Shown here: positions 13,104 through 26,007 of the stretch, one piece after another
Layout: each line of letters begins with the position of its first letter
Position numbering within the stretch: the first letter of the stretch is position 1
Source: Paraspadella gotoi
Lineage: Eukaryota; Animalia; Chaetognatha
Assembly: GCA_051294375.1 (NCBI GenBank)
Contig: CM119266.1
Coordinates: forward strand, 26,292,851-26,356,850
Direction: 5' to 3'
DNA: 64,000 nt
Notes under the pieces: generated by a model
Seen by the model: only the letters and a program-made list of their open reading frames with translations
The model's database searches: none
What the model was told of the DNA's origin: nothing
Position numbers and translations under genes: made by a program

Positions 13104-14665
13104 TCATTCGGAAAGAGATTCGACCCCCGTCGCGACGCCGGGAAACGCCTCTTGATCCGACAAAGTCTGCCGCTTCCTAGCGGTGTTCATGTAGGGCCTG
13201 AAGACCCATTCGACGTCGGCGACGTCCTCTTGGTCGACGGTGCCGAGTACGATCTTATGCAGTCGAAGTTCGAAACGAGGACCAGCCTCGGTTAACTCAG
13301 TACGCCGACCCTCTGATAACTTGTAACTGGATAGAAGCAAAATGAATCTACACAATAACGAACTCAACCCCCTAAAGCGTGCTTTGACTAATGGGCATAC
13401 GTGTGATGTCTGAAGGATATGTAGTCGCGGTTGTTAACGAAGGTGACCATTCGGCGAGTGTCCTCCTTGGGCACAGGGAAGAGATGCTTGAGGATCATCA
13501 TAGCCCGTCGACCGAGCTTCGTTTTAAAGTTGTGGAAAACGAGATGAGGGAAGGCTTCGGACATTGGTCCCACATCTGGAATTTTGGAAGAAAAAAAAAT
13601 CATTCATCTCAAAGAATTTTTAAAAAGATAATAAAACGATCTACATACTGGGAATGTCATGGCGCATGACGGTGTTCATGATGGAAAAATAAGCGGTGGG
13701 TCCGTAAGGAAGATGCGAGATCACTGAATGAAAGAAATCACGATTAAACATTTCAGTCCGTCGATGAGGATTAAATAAAAACTCACCAATTTGATCGGGT
13801 TCACCCCGCGTCTCGTGCAGCATAACGAGGTCGGTGACCTCGTTGGCGACGCAGGCTTTGACCAGCTCGGCGATTTCGTAACCGCCACGGTTGATCCGCT
13901 GAGCACCGGGCAGCAGCAGTTTGATCTCTTTGGCGAATTGCTTGAGCCTCGCCGAGGGGTCGCGTGAAGTGGTAAGCATGATTTTAGGGTCTGAGACGCC
14001 GGCCCATCGGTATTCGTCGTCTTGGTTGGTCGTGAATCCCTCGCCACCCTAAAGAAAAACAAAAGTTCAAACTGTAAATGGAAATGTCAAACTATTAAAC
14101 GAAAATAATTGAACAATAGATTAAAAATATATATACATATACTGTACAGATTAACGCTGGCAGAGCGGTCTTATTATAAAACTCTCTCTTTTTCAGTGAA
14201 TTTGATAATAATTCTTTGTTTAGGTTGAACTTCTCCTTTCTACTAAAATATAGTAAATAATTTGTTCTACATTCGGGCTTTTAAGGTTTTAGGGCTGCTA
14301 GAGGTTAATGACGCGCAATTTTATCAATATTTGGGCTTATTTGGGCGGCATAAAGAACATATACAGTGATGGAGGCCTTAAACCACCAAAGCCTGTCCAA
14401 AGTCAGGGGCAAGATAGCTTATTTATTAAATGAATGGATAATTTTTATATTGGTTGTACCAATTTCATAAATATATAACCTCGTCGTCGTATTTGATTTG
14501 CCGCTCCAACTCGACGGCTTCCTTCCGCAAATCTGTCGGAATCGGCGTCATGTCCTCCAACGATTTTTTCAGTCGATCTTTTTTTTCTTGGATCGAGCGT
14601 CTTTGTTCCTCCACCGACTTCCGGTAAAGGTACTCGCGTCGGAGGCGCGCCTGTCGTCGTAACAT
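13104..14665 (-). CDS. IMP4: U3 snoRNP protein IMP4 (multi-exon)
   Basis: [17 protein letters not shown]..., [70 protein letters not shown] (Brix domain). Confidence 0.95.
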
Positions 14666-15063
14666 TGTTTTGTTTAGGGTTTCTCGTGAGGAGTTGTGTA
14701 TTAACTCTAAAAAATTGCATCACAAGTTGTATAAAAGCAAAAAAACGGAGAAAAAAGGGCGAAAAACGGACTCTAAAAATAATAATAATATTATACCCAA
14801 AATATGGAACCTTAACACGATTCCCGAAATTCAAAAAGCATCATATATTAAGGACTAAAAGTGGCGGGCCAGGCCACTTTTTTGCATAACTAACGACTTG
14901 TTTAATTTGCCACTCAACAAAGCAAAATCGCAAGATGCTTTAATCCTCTTGGTGGAGGATGTAATTATTACAAAGGAAATTGCGATGGCCACGCAGAATG
15001 AAAAATCGAGATTCGTAGGATGATAAATAAGAAGGAAGTAGATGGTCAGTATCATCGCACAGT

Positions 15064-18000
15064 TTATTTTTTCGATCTGATCAGCAGGACTTGAAAATCC
15101 CCTACGCTTGTCCCCGTTACACCAGTTACAAGGTGGTGCTCGTCGGCCTGCACACTTTCGAAGGCATCGCCCGCGGTATCGGCGCCGAGAAGTCGGAAGA
15201 AACCGTAGGTGTTGTTTTCGCGCATGAAGGCGTCGGGATCGAGGCCCTGGTCACGTGCGCGGAGAATGGTATTATCGTCGACAAAAACGCCGGCAGCGCA
15301 GTGGCCGGGGCCGTCGAGACCGTCGGTGGCCATGCAGAGGAACGCGATCTCCACGTCCTTGTGCCACGAGGCGTTGCGACCAGCCGTCTTAAGTCGGTCC
15401 AATTCGACAGCGGCGGCAAGGGCCAACGTTTGATTCCTTCCCCCGAGGCCGGAACTGTTCAGAGGGACCGCCACTTCCGGACTTCCAGCTGAGATTATAC
15501 ACAATCCCTAGTCGATATAAGAAAAATCCTGTTAAATTAATGTTGACTAATGTTGTCATAAAAAGCTCGTACTAAAAAAAGTACCTGGCCAGAGTTAAAA
15601 GCGGCCGAAGCGACTTTCCCTAACTCTTTCGCGGTCTCCTTTCGTAATCCCTTTTCCACCAGCGACATCTCAAGCTTGACTAGATCCTTATCCGGCTCCG
15701 AACCTAAAGACAAAGTATTCTTTGACGATCAAAAAAAAAACCCAAAAAAAACCTCAATTTCCAATGTCACAACTGTCTTACCTTTCCGTTTGAGCATGTA
15801 ACTAGCGTAGGCGGCCAAGCGTCCCCATTCGACTCCTCTTTCCGAGGCGACACCGGTTAGTCGAGAAGTCAAAACGAACGTATGATATCTACGTCGTGCG
15901 TCGTTATAAAAATATAAAAACCGTCATGGTTTAAGAAAATTTTTTTTATTTCGGCTTTCAGTTCCTTTTTGTCTTCGATACCTTCAGTCAGTTCATATGC
16001 CGTTGCTTGTTTGCATTATTATTATATTGGTTGTACCAATTTCATAAATTAATTTTCAAATTGACAAGTCAAAAAATCACATTTTTTAATTTTATTACAA
16101 TTTGTTAAACAAAAATAGTTTGATTTACCGACAATTCTGCGCTTCTGACACCTAAAAATTAGGTCAAATAATTCAGTAATGAAAAAAAAATTTAAGCCAA
16201 CTATGGCAACAGCCGGGTTGCCTGTGATGCCCATTGGGATGGGGCATCTCACTGTTGGCTCTGGGGGCTTCCGACCCTCAGTGGCGCCTCCAGTCACTGG
16301 CGCGGTTACCCTAGGACGGTCTCGCTTTGCCAACGCAGAGGGAAGTCGTTAGGACTGGATGGAACACTACGCCTGGGATGATGTGTTCCCCCTCTGAGCC
16401 AATGGATTTGGCTGAAGGATGGTGGACGTGAGGCGGTGTGAATATACCGCCACACAACATTTTAACTTATTTTATAGTTTTAACAGATGAGAGAAGGTAA
16501 TGGTGACAAATTAAAAAAAAAAACCGCGTTCTTTTAATGGAATGGAAAGCGTCAGTATTTTTTTTTATCTCAATCAAGTTTTTGCGGAATAGTTTTCCGC
16601 AAAAATCAGTCGATTTACTAAATCTGCTAGGCAACCAAACTGCTACTAAAATCATATACAATCATATACTACACCGAGTTAGTTCTCTGTTATAACCAAA
16701 CTTTTTTTTTGAAATAAAGAGTTTCATATAAGTCAGTGGGAAAAAAACAAGTTTGAGTAAACAATGTCGGATCTGCCCACGATCATTATCGGTAATTAAT
16801 TCATTAATAATTAAATAATTCAAGTTAATTAATTAATTATGCAATTAATTAATTAAATTGATCTCAAATATTTGTTTTTAGGTCTTTCCGTCACTAACCA
16901 CGATAAAAGCAATGACGACGATGAGAATAATATCGATAACAATTGACTTGATTGATTGACTGATTAATTATTGATTAACTAATTGACTAATTGATTAATT
17001 AATTATTTGATTTATTAATACATCCTGCATTTACATTTAATATAAAAGGAAAAAGAAGCATAATCAATTAGTGAAATAGGTTTTTTGTTATGAAATTGGT
17101 ACAACCAATATAAAAATTATCCATTCATTTAATAAATAAGCTATCTTGCCCCTGACTTTGGACAGGCTGTGGTGGTTTAAGGCCTCCATCACTCTTACAA
17201 GATAATGACATAGCAGGTCCCTGCAAGCTTTCAATCAAGACTCTCTCAGTCTTGTTTATTCACTCCCAGAGTACCTGGCTTCCCTATCAATGAAGTGGTT
17301 TAATATTTTAAAGAATGTTCAATTGTATGAAAAGGCCGCTCCCTTAAGTATTAGATCGGAGAATACTTATTGTACTCCGCACTAGTATCAAAATACAAGG
17401 AGCTGAATTTTATGAAATTGGTACAACCAATATAAAAATTATCCATTCATTTAATAAATAAGCTATCTTGCCCCAGACTTTTGACAGGCTTTGGTGGTTT
17501 AAGGCCTCCATCACTCTTATTTAAGTTCCAAATTTGTTGTTGAAAATACCCGCATCACAATTACTGCCTCAGACACCTCATCCCTAATATTAATGCTTTT
17601 GTTGTCATGTCACTCACCCAATGTTGGTGGCCCTCTCGGCGGCGGCCAGGCAAAGGGCCTTCCCGTTGGCCACTAGCACGTTTTGTACGTGGGAGAAATC
17701 TTTTTCCGATGACAAGCATCCGCCGAGAAATTCGACGTGGAAAGAGGATGACAACGACGACGAGGGACGACTTGCTTCCTCCAACTCCGTCAGCCTCCGC
17801 GTCAAGACGCTCCTCACGGAGACAGGAAATTCCGCCTCAATGTTAAAGGCTGCGTGGATCGGATTTCTCGTTGAATTAAATATGAAAGATATTTTGAATT
17901 CGAATCTGTCACCAACCTTTAACAAGATCCAAACAGTGCCGTGGCGTGGTAGGATCCGGTGCCGTGGGTCCTGAAGCGATAACCTCGAGGGCGTCGCCGG

Positions 18001-19670
18001 GAGTGTCACTTACGATGAGAGCTAAGACCTTGGCCGGCGCCGCTAAGCGCGCCAATCGTCCACCCTTCAGCAGGGATGTGTGACGTCGCATGGCGTTGAC
18101 GTCAGAAGCATTGGCGCCTGCGTGGAGCAAAAGGCGGGAGACGACGTTTTGATCGTCGATCGTTATGGGCGGACATGGGGCGGAAAGAAGGCGGGATCCT
18201 CCGCCGGATATCAGTACGATGAGAATGTCGTTGCTCTAAAATGAAGTTTCGGGTTTTGACAATTAAGAACGAGGAGAAGAATCGATGTTAAAAATGTGGC
18301 TTCTAATCCGAGGTACCTGGAGCTTTTTAGCCAGATCCCGAATCTGCAGCGACGTAGCGTTGGAAATATCGTCCGCAAAATTGCTTATTCCTCCTTCAAC
18401 TATTTTCACGGCAGAATCTTCGGAAGGAACTCGAGAGGAAAGCCCTGGTAGCGTAAAATCACAGAGAAAATCAACGTCATGAAAAAACAAGGCCGCTGTG
18501 TCCATTGGTTTTTTTTCATTGTTTGTTGCCATAAATGTTTTTTGTTCATCCTCCTTTTCTTCTTCCGGCTGATCTTGATGTAGCGCTTCTTTTCCTCTTC
18601 CTCTTACCTCTTTCACATTCGAGCTACAAAAAGAAACCTTTTTCTATAACACTTATGGACTGAAACAGACAGAAAAGCGTTTCAACCGTTCCAGCTTGAT
18701 TAAATAAAGAAATGTACGAGTGAACCTTGTCACATCAAGTTTTTCTCGATGATGATTTTTAATTGTTTTTTCTTATTTTTGACACACTTATCTAGTCTTA
18801 AAATTTAAAAATTCTAAAAAAATTTTTTGGCATTTCCGATCTATAAATAAATATTACAAAAATAATTACTAGGGTATTGAGCCATATTAAAATTTTTTTG
18901 TCCATTGAAAGTATTCTTAAAAATGTCTAAATATTCGTTTGAGTATGTACTCACTCTAAATTTTTGACTCACCCCATTGAGTGCGGCTACCCCTACCTTA
19001 GACACACTGAATATATGAAAGCGAGGCTTTTTTCGTCTACGAAAACAATTGAACAGTTTTTCCTTTCATACGCGAAAACAATAGCCGAAAAAGGATCAGT
19101 GGACTCACCTTTGGCTTTCAAGGCGTCAATGATGCCGTGGCGAACGGAGGCGATTCCAGTGACAACGTGATCGCCTAAGACATCATCAACCGCCCTTACC
19201 ATTCCCGCCGCCGCTTTCCCGAAAGCCGCCACATAGACGTTGTGGTCGAGGTGGTAGGAGATTTTTCCGACTCTGTTTCAAAAATTAACAAATCCTAAAA
19301 AACCATAATTACTTCACGTCGTCATGTGGAGATTAATGCAAAACAAATCTTCTCACCTCAACACGTCTCCTTCCCTAATTAGGACATTGGCGGCGGCGGT
19401 CTTTGGATCCACCACATCCAAACCAGCGTAATATATGTCTAAAGCATCGTTTTTCAGTTTTTTATCCTCTTTTTTGGCCTGGGCTTCCGCTAAAGCGGAC
19501 AAACAACGAGCTAAAGAAGAGCGGTGCAATAAAGCCGTAGCTTTATACCACGTCTCGAGAAAGTGGGAATTCCGTACAAGGCTTTCGTCCGCCGTGAAGC
19601 CCCGAGCGGCACCGAATACGAATCCCGCGCGCCTTACCGTCACAAATCGTGAAGAAAAAGTCGACGCCAT
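15064..19670 (-). CDS. GLYCTK: Glycerate kinase (GLYCTK/MOFRL type), with a transit-peptide-like N-terminus
   Basis: VYVAAFGKAAAGM, ILIVLISGGGSRLL, KGGRLARLAAPAKVLALIVSDTPGD...IASGPT, GGRNQTLAL, ATDGLDGP, TGVTGTSVGDFQVLLI. Confidence 0.9.
16202..16454 (-). mobile_element. Solo LTR of a related tRNA/twister TRIM family (GLYCTK intron)
   Basis: Ends TGTGGC...GCCATA, 4-bp TSD CAAC, A-box-like TGGCTCAGAGG, B-box-like GTTCCATCC and a twister core. Confidence 0.75.
16254..16334 (-). ncRNA. Twister ribozyme motif, P5-type
   Basis: Minus strand GTTGGC-AAA-GCGA-GA-CCG-TCCTAGGG-T^AA-CCGC-GC-CAGTG..CACTG-AGGG-T-CGG-AAGC-CCCC..GCCAAC. T1 is CCG/CGG; P5 is GTTGGC/GCCAAC. Confidence 0.75.
17089..17520. 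repeat. Dispersed 322-324 bp repeat in partial tandem (TATGAAATTGGTACAACC family)
   Basis: The unit restarts at 17411. Other copies lie at 49986-50385 (restart 50310), 57501-57780, and inverted at 14365-14470, 16025-16047 and 27180-27550. Confidence 0.85.
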
Positions 19671-19983
19671 TCGGTGTGATAATTTTTTTGAGCTTCAGAG
19701 TTAATAGCTCATTTCATTTTTTATTCCGTGAATTAGTCCCCCCATGCCCAGATGCTTAATTTAGCTTGAAAAAAAAAAAAGGACGGTAAAGTATTAAGCT
19801 AAGTACTTAATATTTTCTACCTACATGTTCCCAAAATATCAATCTCGATGATTAATTTAGAAAATACGAAAACACGAAGGGGTCATGGAAACAGTGGATA
19901 AGCTCAGATAAACGATAAAAGGGGGAAGAAGACTGGTTTATCGCGGTAGAGTAATTATAAATACTCTTGAACTATGTAGCTTC

Positions 19984-22900
19984 TCAGAGCGCTGAGTCAC
20001 TGCTCAGAGATATAGAGGATAAGTCGGGGCAAAGTTTCCCAAGATCGTCTGACATCTCATCGGCGAGGGCATCGATGATATCGAGGAGTAATGGTCGCGG
20101 TAACGACTTGATCGGCGGCAGTCGCGCCACTTTGCTAAAATTGTGGACGATAAGGTTAAGAGCGTGCTTCTTCATGTCCATAGCCTGGTTGAAACAAAAC
20201 AAATAGTAAGAACTCGATAGAAAACGATGCAAAAAAAACGTCTTTTCAGCGGAAAACCTGAATCTTGTCGGAGGCTTCCAAAATCTGAACAACGTTTTGC
20301 ACTGAGACGTTCATTTCAAGATTGTGTTTGCAAAATGCCTGAAGACGGTTGTTGGTGAAACCGTAGAAATAAGGGGCCGAAAAGAGATATAATGAATCCT
20401 CGGGCGGCATTGTGACGTCGCCCCAATAGAGGTACCGAAGAAGCGAGTCGAAAGCCTGAATCAAGAGGGAACGTTACCTGCTTGCATTGACAATTATGCA
20501 TCCTATGAATATATATTATATATATTATATATTATGAATACTGTCGTATCGATGAGAATTACCTGCCGTGAAGGTATCATTTCTCCGATGGAGATGGTAA
20601 CTTCGTCGTTTTCCGGCATAAATGAGCGAAACATAGCCTCAAAGTAAGACGACCTCGCCGCCATAATCGCCTTGTGTGCAGCGACGGGAATTTCTCCTAA
20701 TCTAAGGACGATATCGCAGAACTCTTTTCCTTTAAATTCGAGGAAGGCTTGGAGATCCTGCTCCAAGGATTTATTCATCAACGACGATGAATCAGGTCCG
20801 GGTTCCGGCAACGATCTGAGAGTAAAAAAAACAACCGGTTTTACAACGACTTTCCACATTGAAGTTGCCGCAATAATTCTGTCAAACCTGACGATAGGCA
20901 TTTGTCGCCTTCGGATAACCTCGACCATCAATGGTTGCTCCAGCGTCTCAAACTCCTTGGACATGACGATTTCGTCGTAGTTTGTTTCTTTGACAACGAA
21001 CTTGAGGCAGAATTCCTTGAGAAAGGCCAAATTCAATCTGGCCGCATTCTGCAGCGCCGCCAACACGTTACGATGGCTGATGGAAACCTCCAGATAATTT
21101 ACGCACAATTGCTCCAGACGGGCCATCTCGAATTGCAACGCAAGCCGGTAGACCTTGGAAGATGATCGAGTAATCGTCAAAAATCAAATGACTTTTTTTC
21201 GTTGGACCAATCAAATTTTGAGTACCTCCATCATTAGCAAAATAACTTGGTTGCTGTTGGGGTCACGGCCTCCTCGAGTCGGGCAGATCCGGTCCGTGTA
21301 AATATAGGACAGAACGAGGCGAAAGGCCTCGGGTACGGCGTCTGGTAAGGCTACTGACGCTTTCACGGATTTAAAGCGAGTTTGAGGCGCGAGGCGACGG
21401 ACCGCGGACGAGCTCACACCCTAGAGCAATCATAAAAAGAAATGTTTACCCAAAAAATACAAGTTGTAAATAAGTTTAAGCAAACAATGTCGGATCTGCC
21501 CACGATCAATATCGGTAATTAATTAATAAATAATTAATTAGGCAATTAATTAATTAATTTGATCCCAAATGTTTGTTTTTAAGTCTTTTTGTCACTCACC
21601 ACGACAAAAGCAATGACGACGATGAGAATAATGCCGATAACGATTTACTTGATTGATTGATCGAATAAATAATTAATAGATAAAAAAATTGATTGATTGA
21701 ATAATTAATCGATTGATTAGTTGACTGATTAATTAATTATTGATTAATTAATTGACTAATTGATTAATTAACTGATTAATTATTTGATTAATTAATACAT
21801 CTAGCATTTACATTTAATATAAAAAGAAAAAGAAGCATAATCAATTAATGAAACAGGTTTTTTATTTTTTCCATTTAAACTCATTTCCACTCAAACGATT
21901 CCATTAAAACTTGATTTCCAGCTTAATCACACACTTCCCTACCTACACACAAAATTTCATTCCAATCCATCCATCCCATCACGAGTAATTGGCGTTTTTT
22001 GCTAAGGTGGGACGGACGGACAGACAGACAGACGGACAGACTGACGGACATAATTTTTTTTGCATAATTTATCATAATTCGATATTTTGACATGATATAA
22101 GTGAATGCCCAACAAGATTCAGGGGGCGGACCGACGGACCGACAAAGTGAATTAGAGTCGGCATCTGCTGATAAGCAGATCCGACTAAAAACGCTCTCTC
22201 GATGAAACATATTTACCTCAGGAGGAACGGAATGCGCCAGAGATTCCAGAGCCTGTTTGATTTTTAACTTCAACCAATCGGATCTACAAAAAATGTCGAG
22301 ATAACAGTCGAACTACTAATGTTTTTCACTCGAATTTCGTCGACGAAATTAGTGAATAGTGTTTTAAAATTTTAACTCGAAATATTACGGAACCTGGCGG
22401 CGACGATGGCGACGTGGGCGCCGATGATGACGCGTTGGACGCCAACGACGAACTCAAGATCACAGAAGAGGCGAGACTCGAGAAGCTTCCCGTAGTCGCT
22501 GTGGAGCGTGCACTTGGGGTAGGAAGAGAACTGAAACCGGTACATCTCCCCAGAGCGTATGTTATTGTCTACGGTGCCGCCAAATACGAACATGGCGTCC
22601 CCGACCACGGCAGCAGCGTGGAAAAGCCGTCCGGAGGGACGTTGGGAATCCTGGTGTGAAAGAGAAGCGATCGAAACGCATTAAAACTTGTGTTAAATAA
22701 ATCGAAGAAAATAGCAATTAAAAGAAGAATGAGGAAGTATTAAAGATAAGTATAAAGTTATTTAATTTTCTCACTGGTGTCGGAGCGACGACAGCCCAAG
22801 ATTGGGCGTCAAGATCGAAGCAGTGAAGCTCATTCGGCATCGCCTGACCCGCCGCTCCGCCAAAGACGTAGAGGTGGCGGTCATGGGCGACCATGGTATG

Positions 22901-24133
22901 GCCGTAGCGACGCTCCGGCGGCGGCGGCGTGCCGCGTAGGATGTGCTCTGTAGAAATACGAGTCCAGCATCGATCCTAGAACAGAGAAAGGAGAAAATTG
23001 CAAAGGCGATATTCAAATTTCTAATCAGACATTCTTTGTTGGGTACCCGAAAAAAGAACTGAAAGAGATTGTTCGTCGTCTTGGCTCCCGACTGGCCAGA
23101 AAAAACGAACATGGTGTCGCGGGAAACGGCGACGGGAAAGTTGCAACAGGTTGGTGGGGAATCTCCACTTTGCACCACCTCTTCCCAGAGGAACGAACGC
23201 GGTCGCAGGGAGAGCGTCCACATGTCGTTGAGCCGCGAGTTTCCGTCGTAACCGGCGAAAATCCACATGTTCGAGTCGTAGACGCATGCGCCGTGGGCTG
23301 CTCTGGCGACCGGAACGCGGCCTAAGATAGGATTGTTTTAGTCACAATTTGAGATTAATGGTATATAATAAATGAACTTTGGATTCAACGGAAAATGAGA
23401 TTGAGCTCAGCAATATCGTGTTGGTATTGACTTGTCAGGAATTTTTCTGTACTTCTGTATTATTGACATTTGAGTCAGTTTGTCTAGTTCTTTTGAATCT
23501 ATCTTTAGTAATAAAAATATAACACGAGTGAAGAAGCAGGATGATTACCGTCGAACCTCCATTCGACCCACTGGCCAGTAGCGAACTTGTACTCGTACAA
23601 ATCGTTTTTGTTGGTCAAATTGCTGTTGGAATGAATGTCGCCGGTATAGCCACCGAAAACGAACATGCTACCTTCGTGAACGACGGCCGAGTGATGATAT
23701 CTGAACATGAAAAGCATAGTAAAAGTTTGATAACGGCGAGAACATCGAGTGATCAACTACACCATACCTCGGAGCAGGCGGCCATCCGGTGGAAAAGGCG
23801 CGGCCCCAGGATTTATCCTTGCAGTCGAAACGAAGAAGGTCGTTCAGCATCGATTTTCCATTATCGCCTCCGAAGACATAGATGGCTTCTTTGTAGGCAA
23901 CAACCGTGTGCTTGCTTCGACGAGTACCCACGAATTCGTCGCATTCTGGTCAAGTGATTTTACATGAGAAAATTCGGATTTGATAATATTGTTGAGACGA
24001 GCCCTTTTTTTAAACCTGGCATTCTCCGCCATTTCTGAACTGGTTCGAAGGGACCAAAGTCGAGGGTAAGACATTCCGCGCTGTCCGGCCAGTTGTGGTC
24101 GAACTCGGCACCCGCCGGCCGAGCAATCGCCAT
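19984..24133 (-). CDS. LZTR1: Leucine-zipper-like transcriptional regulator 1 (Kelch-BTB-BACK)
   Basis: [77 protein letters not shown], two BTB regions ([23 protein letters not shown]) and C-terminal [14 protein letters not shown]. Confidence 0.95.
21470..22190 (-). mobile_element. DINE-1/HINE-like (Helentron-associated) non-autonomous element
   Basis: Subterminal inverted repeat GTCGGATCTGC/GCAGATCCGAC, an adjacent hairpin at one end, a GTCY microsatellite (about 22010-22050) and A/T-run flanks. Related copies at about 16745-17088, 58145-60083 and 61480-62690. Confidence 0.65.
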
Positions 24134-24544
24134 TTCCCTGTCGCTCAAGTCCACGGAGGACGATGGGGTCGGGAATCGAGATGCATCATTTAAAACACTC
24201 TCAAGAGATGAACTATATCGGGCTAAATCTGTTTCTAAAAACAAGAAAATAACGAACGAAAAAATTTAAAAAATTAAAATAAACTAAGCCAAAATATGCA
24301 AATGAGATAGATGTGAGGTCAAAATGCTAATCCGGTTGAGAATTCTTTGGTTGCGCCAAAAGCTGTACTTAACTTTGGAGATCTGAAAGGTCCCTTTTCT
24401 TCCGACACAATTTCCTCGAGTTGGGTATAAGTCTTAGAAGTCGTACGTGAGACGTGAGCAGCATTGGACGTCAATAACAGCAAACAAAAATGCAAACAAA
24501 AAAGGCAGAGCTGGAGATCCGGAACAATAATCTGCAGTTAGGAT

Positions 24545-25857
24545 TCAAGAGCCTTCACGATTTACTTCGACAAAAACTGCTGTCTTTCCTCCCCGACTTC
24601 TATTATTTTTTGAGAGTTTAGAAGCTTCCGTCGTTAGAAATTTTGACTCGCGGGCGGTAAATAAAACGCAGTTGGTCAAAAACGGCTCCACGGCGTCGTT
24701 TGAATTGCCCCCTTTTCCCCCGGTCTTTTTCGCGAAAGCTTCCCTCTTCTTTCGCTCCTTGACTTGATCGCGGCTTCTCTTTTTTTCAAACTTGTCGGAC
24801 GCGTGGATCACTTCGCCGCCGTCGACGTTCTTGGCATAACTGCAAATGCAGAGGGCTGCGGTGACGCAGACAAAAAACGCGGCGATACACGCAATAGCCA
24901 CGTATATATTAGTTCGGTACTGGAGAAGCTTACGACGTCGCGCCGCCGCTTTCCTCTCTTTCTTGAAATCGGCGTTGTAGTTTCTCGATCCGAGACGCCT
25001 ATGCTCGGGACGAAATTGTTCCAGGCAACCGAACTCGTCCGAGGAATCCCCGCAATTATCGATAAAAAAATCGTCACATCGGAGCCGGAAATCCAGGCAA
25101 CGTCCGTTTCGGCACCGAAAGGCATCAAAACAGGGGTCACCGCAACCGTCCTCGTCGGAGCCGTCAGGGCAGTTGTCGAGGCGATCGCAGCGGAGGTTCG
25201 CGGGCAGACATTCACCAGTTGAGCATCTGGGCGAGAGAAATGAAGGAGAAATGCGTTAATAAAGGTCTATCTCCGTGTTCCTTTTTTGCACAAATAGTCA
25301 CATACCCAAACTGATCCGAACGACATTGCGTTCTGTTTCCGACCCCTTCAACGACCAATTCGACGGTAACCTGGTCTCCCGATCGAGTCCTCGATCCCCA
25401 ATTTACGGCGCACGCATAGAGGCCAGCGTCTTCGCTTCTGAGGCTAGCGAGACGCAATTGAGAGGTGGATGCGTCGCGACGTAAGATGGTGGTGCGGTCG
25501 TTGGTGTATTTGATGCGGGGCGCGTGAGAACCTCTTTGACGTTCCTAGAAGAAAGAAATTGAAAAGAAAAAATGCAAAGTTAACGTAACTTGCAAACGTT
25601 TGTGAACTTACTTTATCCGAAAGAAAAAGCCATGTGATCTCCGTGGGACTGTCGTGGCCACTAAATCGGCAGGTCAGAGTCAATTCGGCATTGGGGCGTC
25701 GAACTACAGCGCCGAAGGGGTACATAAACAGATTCTCGGCACGAGAATTAACGAAAAGCGAGAGAAGTAAAATGATCGACATGACACAAGCGGATGAGGA
25801 AAATAAAGCGCTAATTTGGGGCGATAGCTCGGAGGAAGTTCGAAGTAACATCGGCAT
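24545..25857 (-). CDS. Single-pass membrane protein with signal peptide, Ig domain and two LDL-receptor class A repeats
   Basis: Hydrophobic IILLLSLFVNSRA; Ig motifs LTLTCRF..ITW and LRSEDAGLYACAV; LDLa CSTGECLPANLRCDRLDNCPDGSDEDGC and FRCRNGRCLDFRLRCDDFFIDNCGDSSDEFGC; TM IYVAIACIAAFFVCVTAALCIC; basic tail. The start codon (25857 or 25782) and last exon are uncertain. Confidence 0.75.
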
Positions 25858-26007
25858 TCGGAGGCGAGTAAAGAAATTTTTGAGGGGAACTGCACCATGG
25901 AGAAGTAAACGAGAATCTAACAAACAAGTTTATATTCTATTTCAGCGAATTGAAGTCCGATTGGTTTTTCCTTTTTTTCGTCCAATTGGTAACAAAGAGA
26001 GAACAAA

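Noticed and set aside
18263-18625. Charged ORF extension or 16-nt microexon in a GLYCTK intron
   Set aside because: The flanking exons already join in frame, inclusion would frameshift, and there is no support without RNA data.
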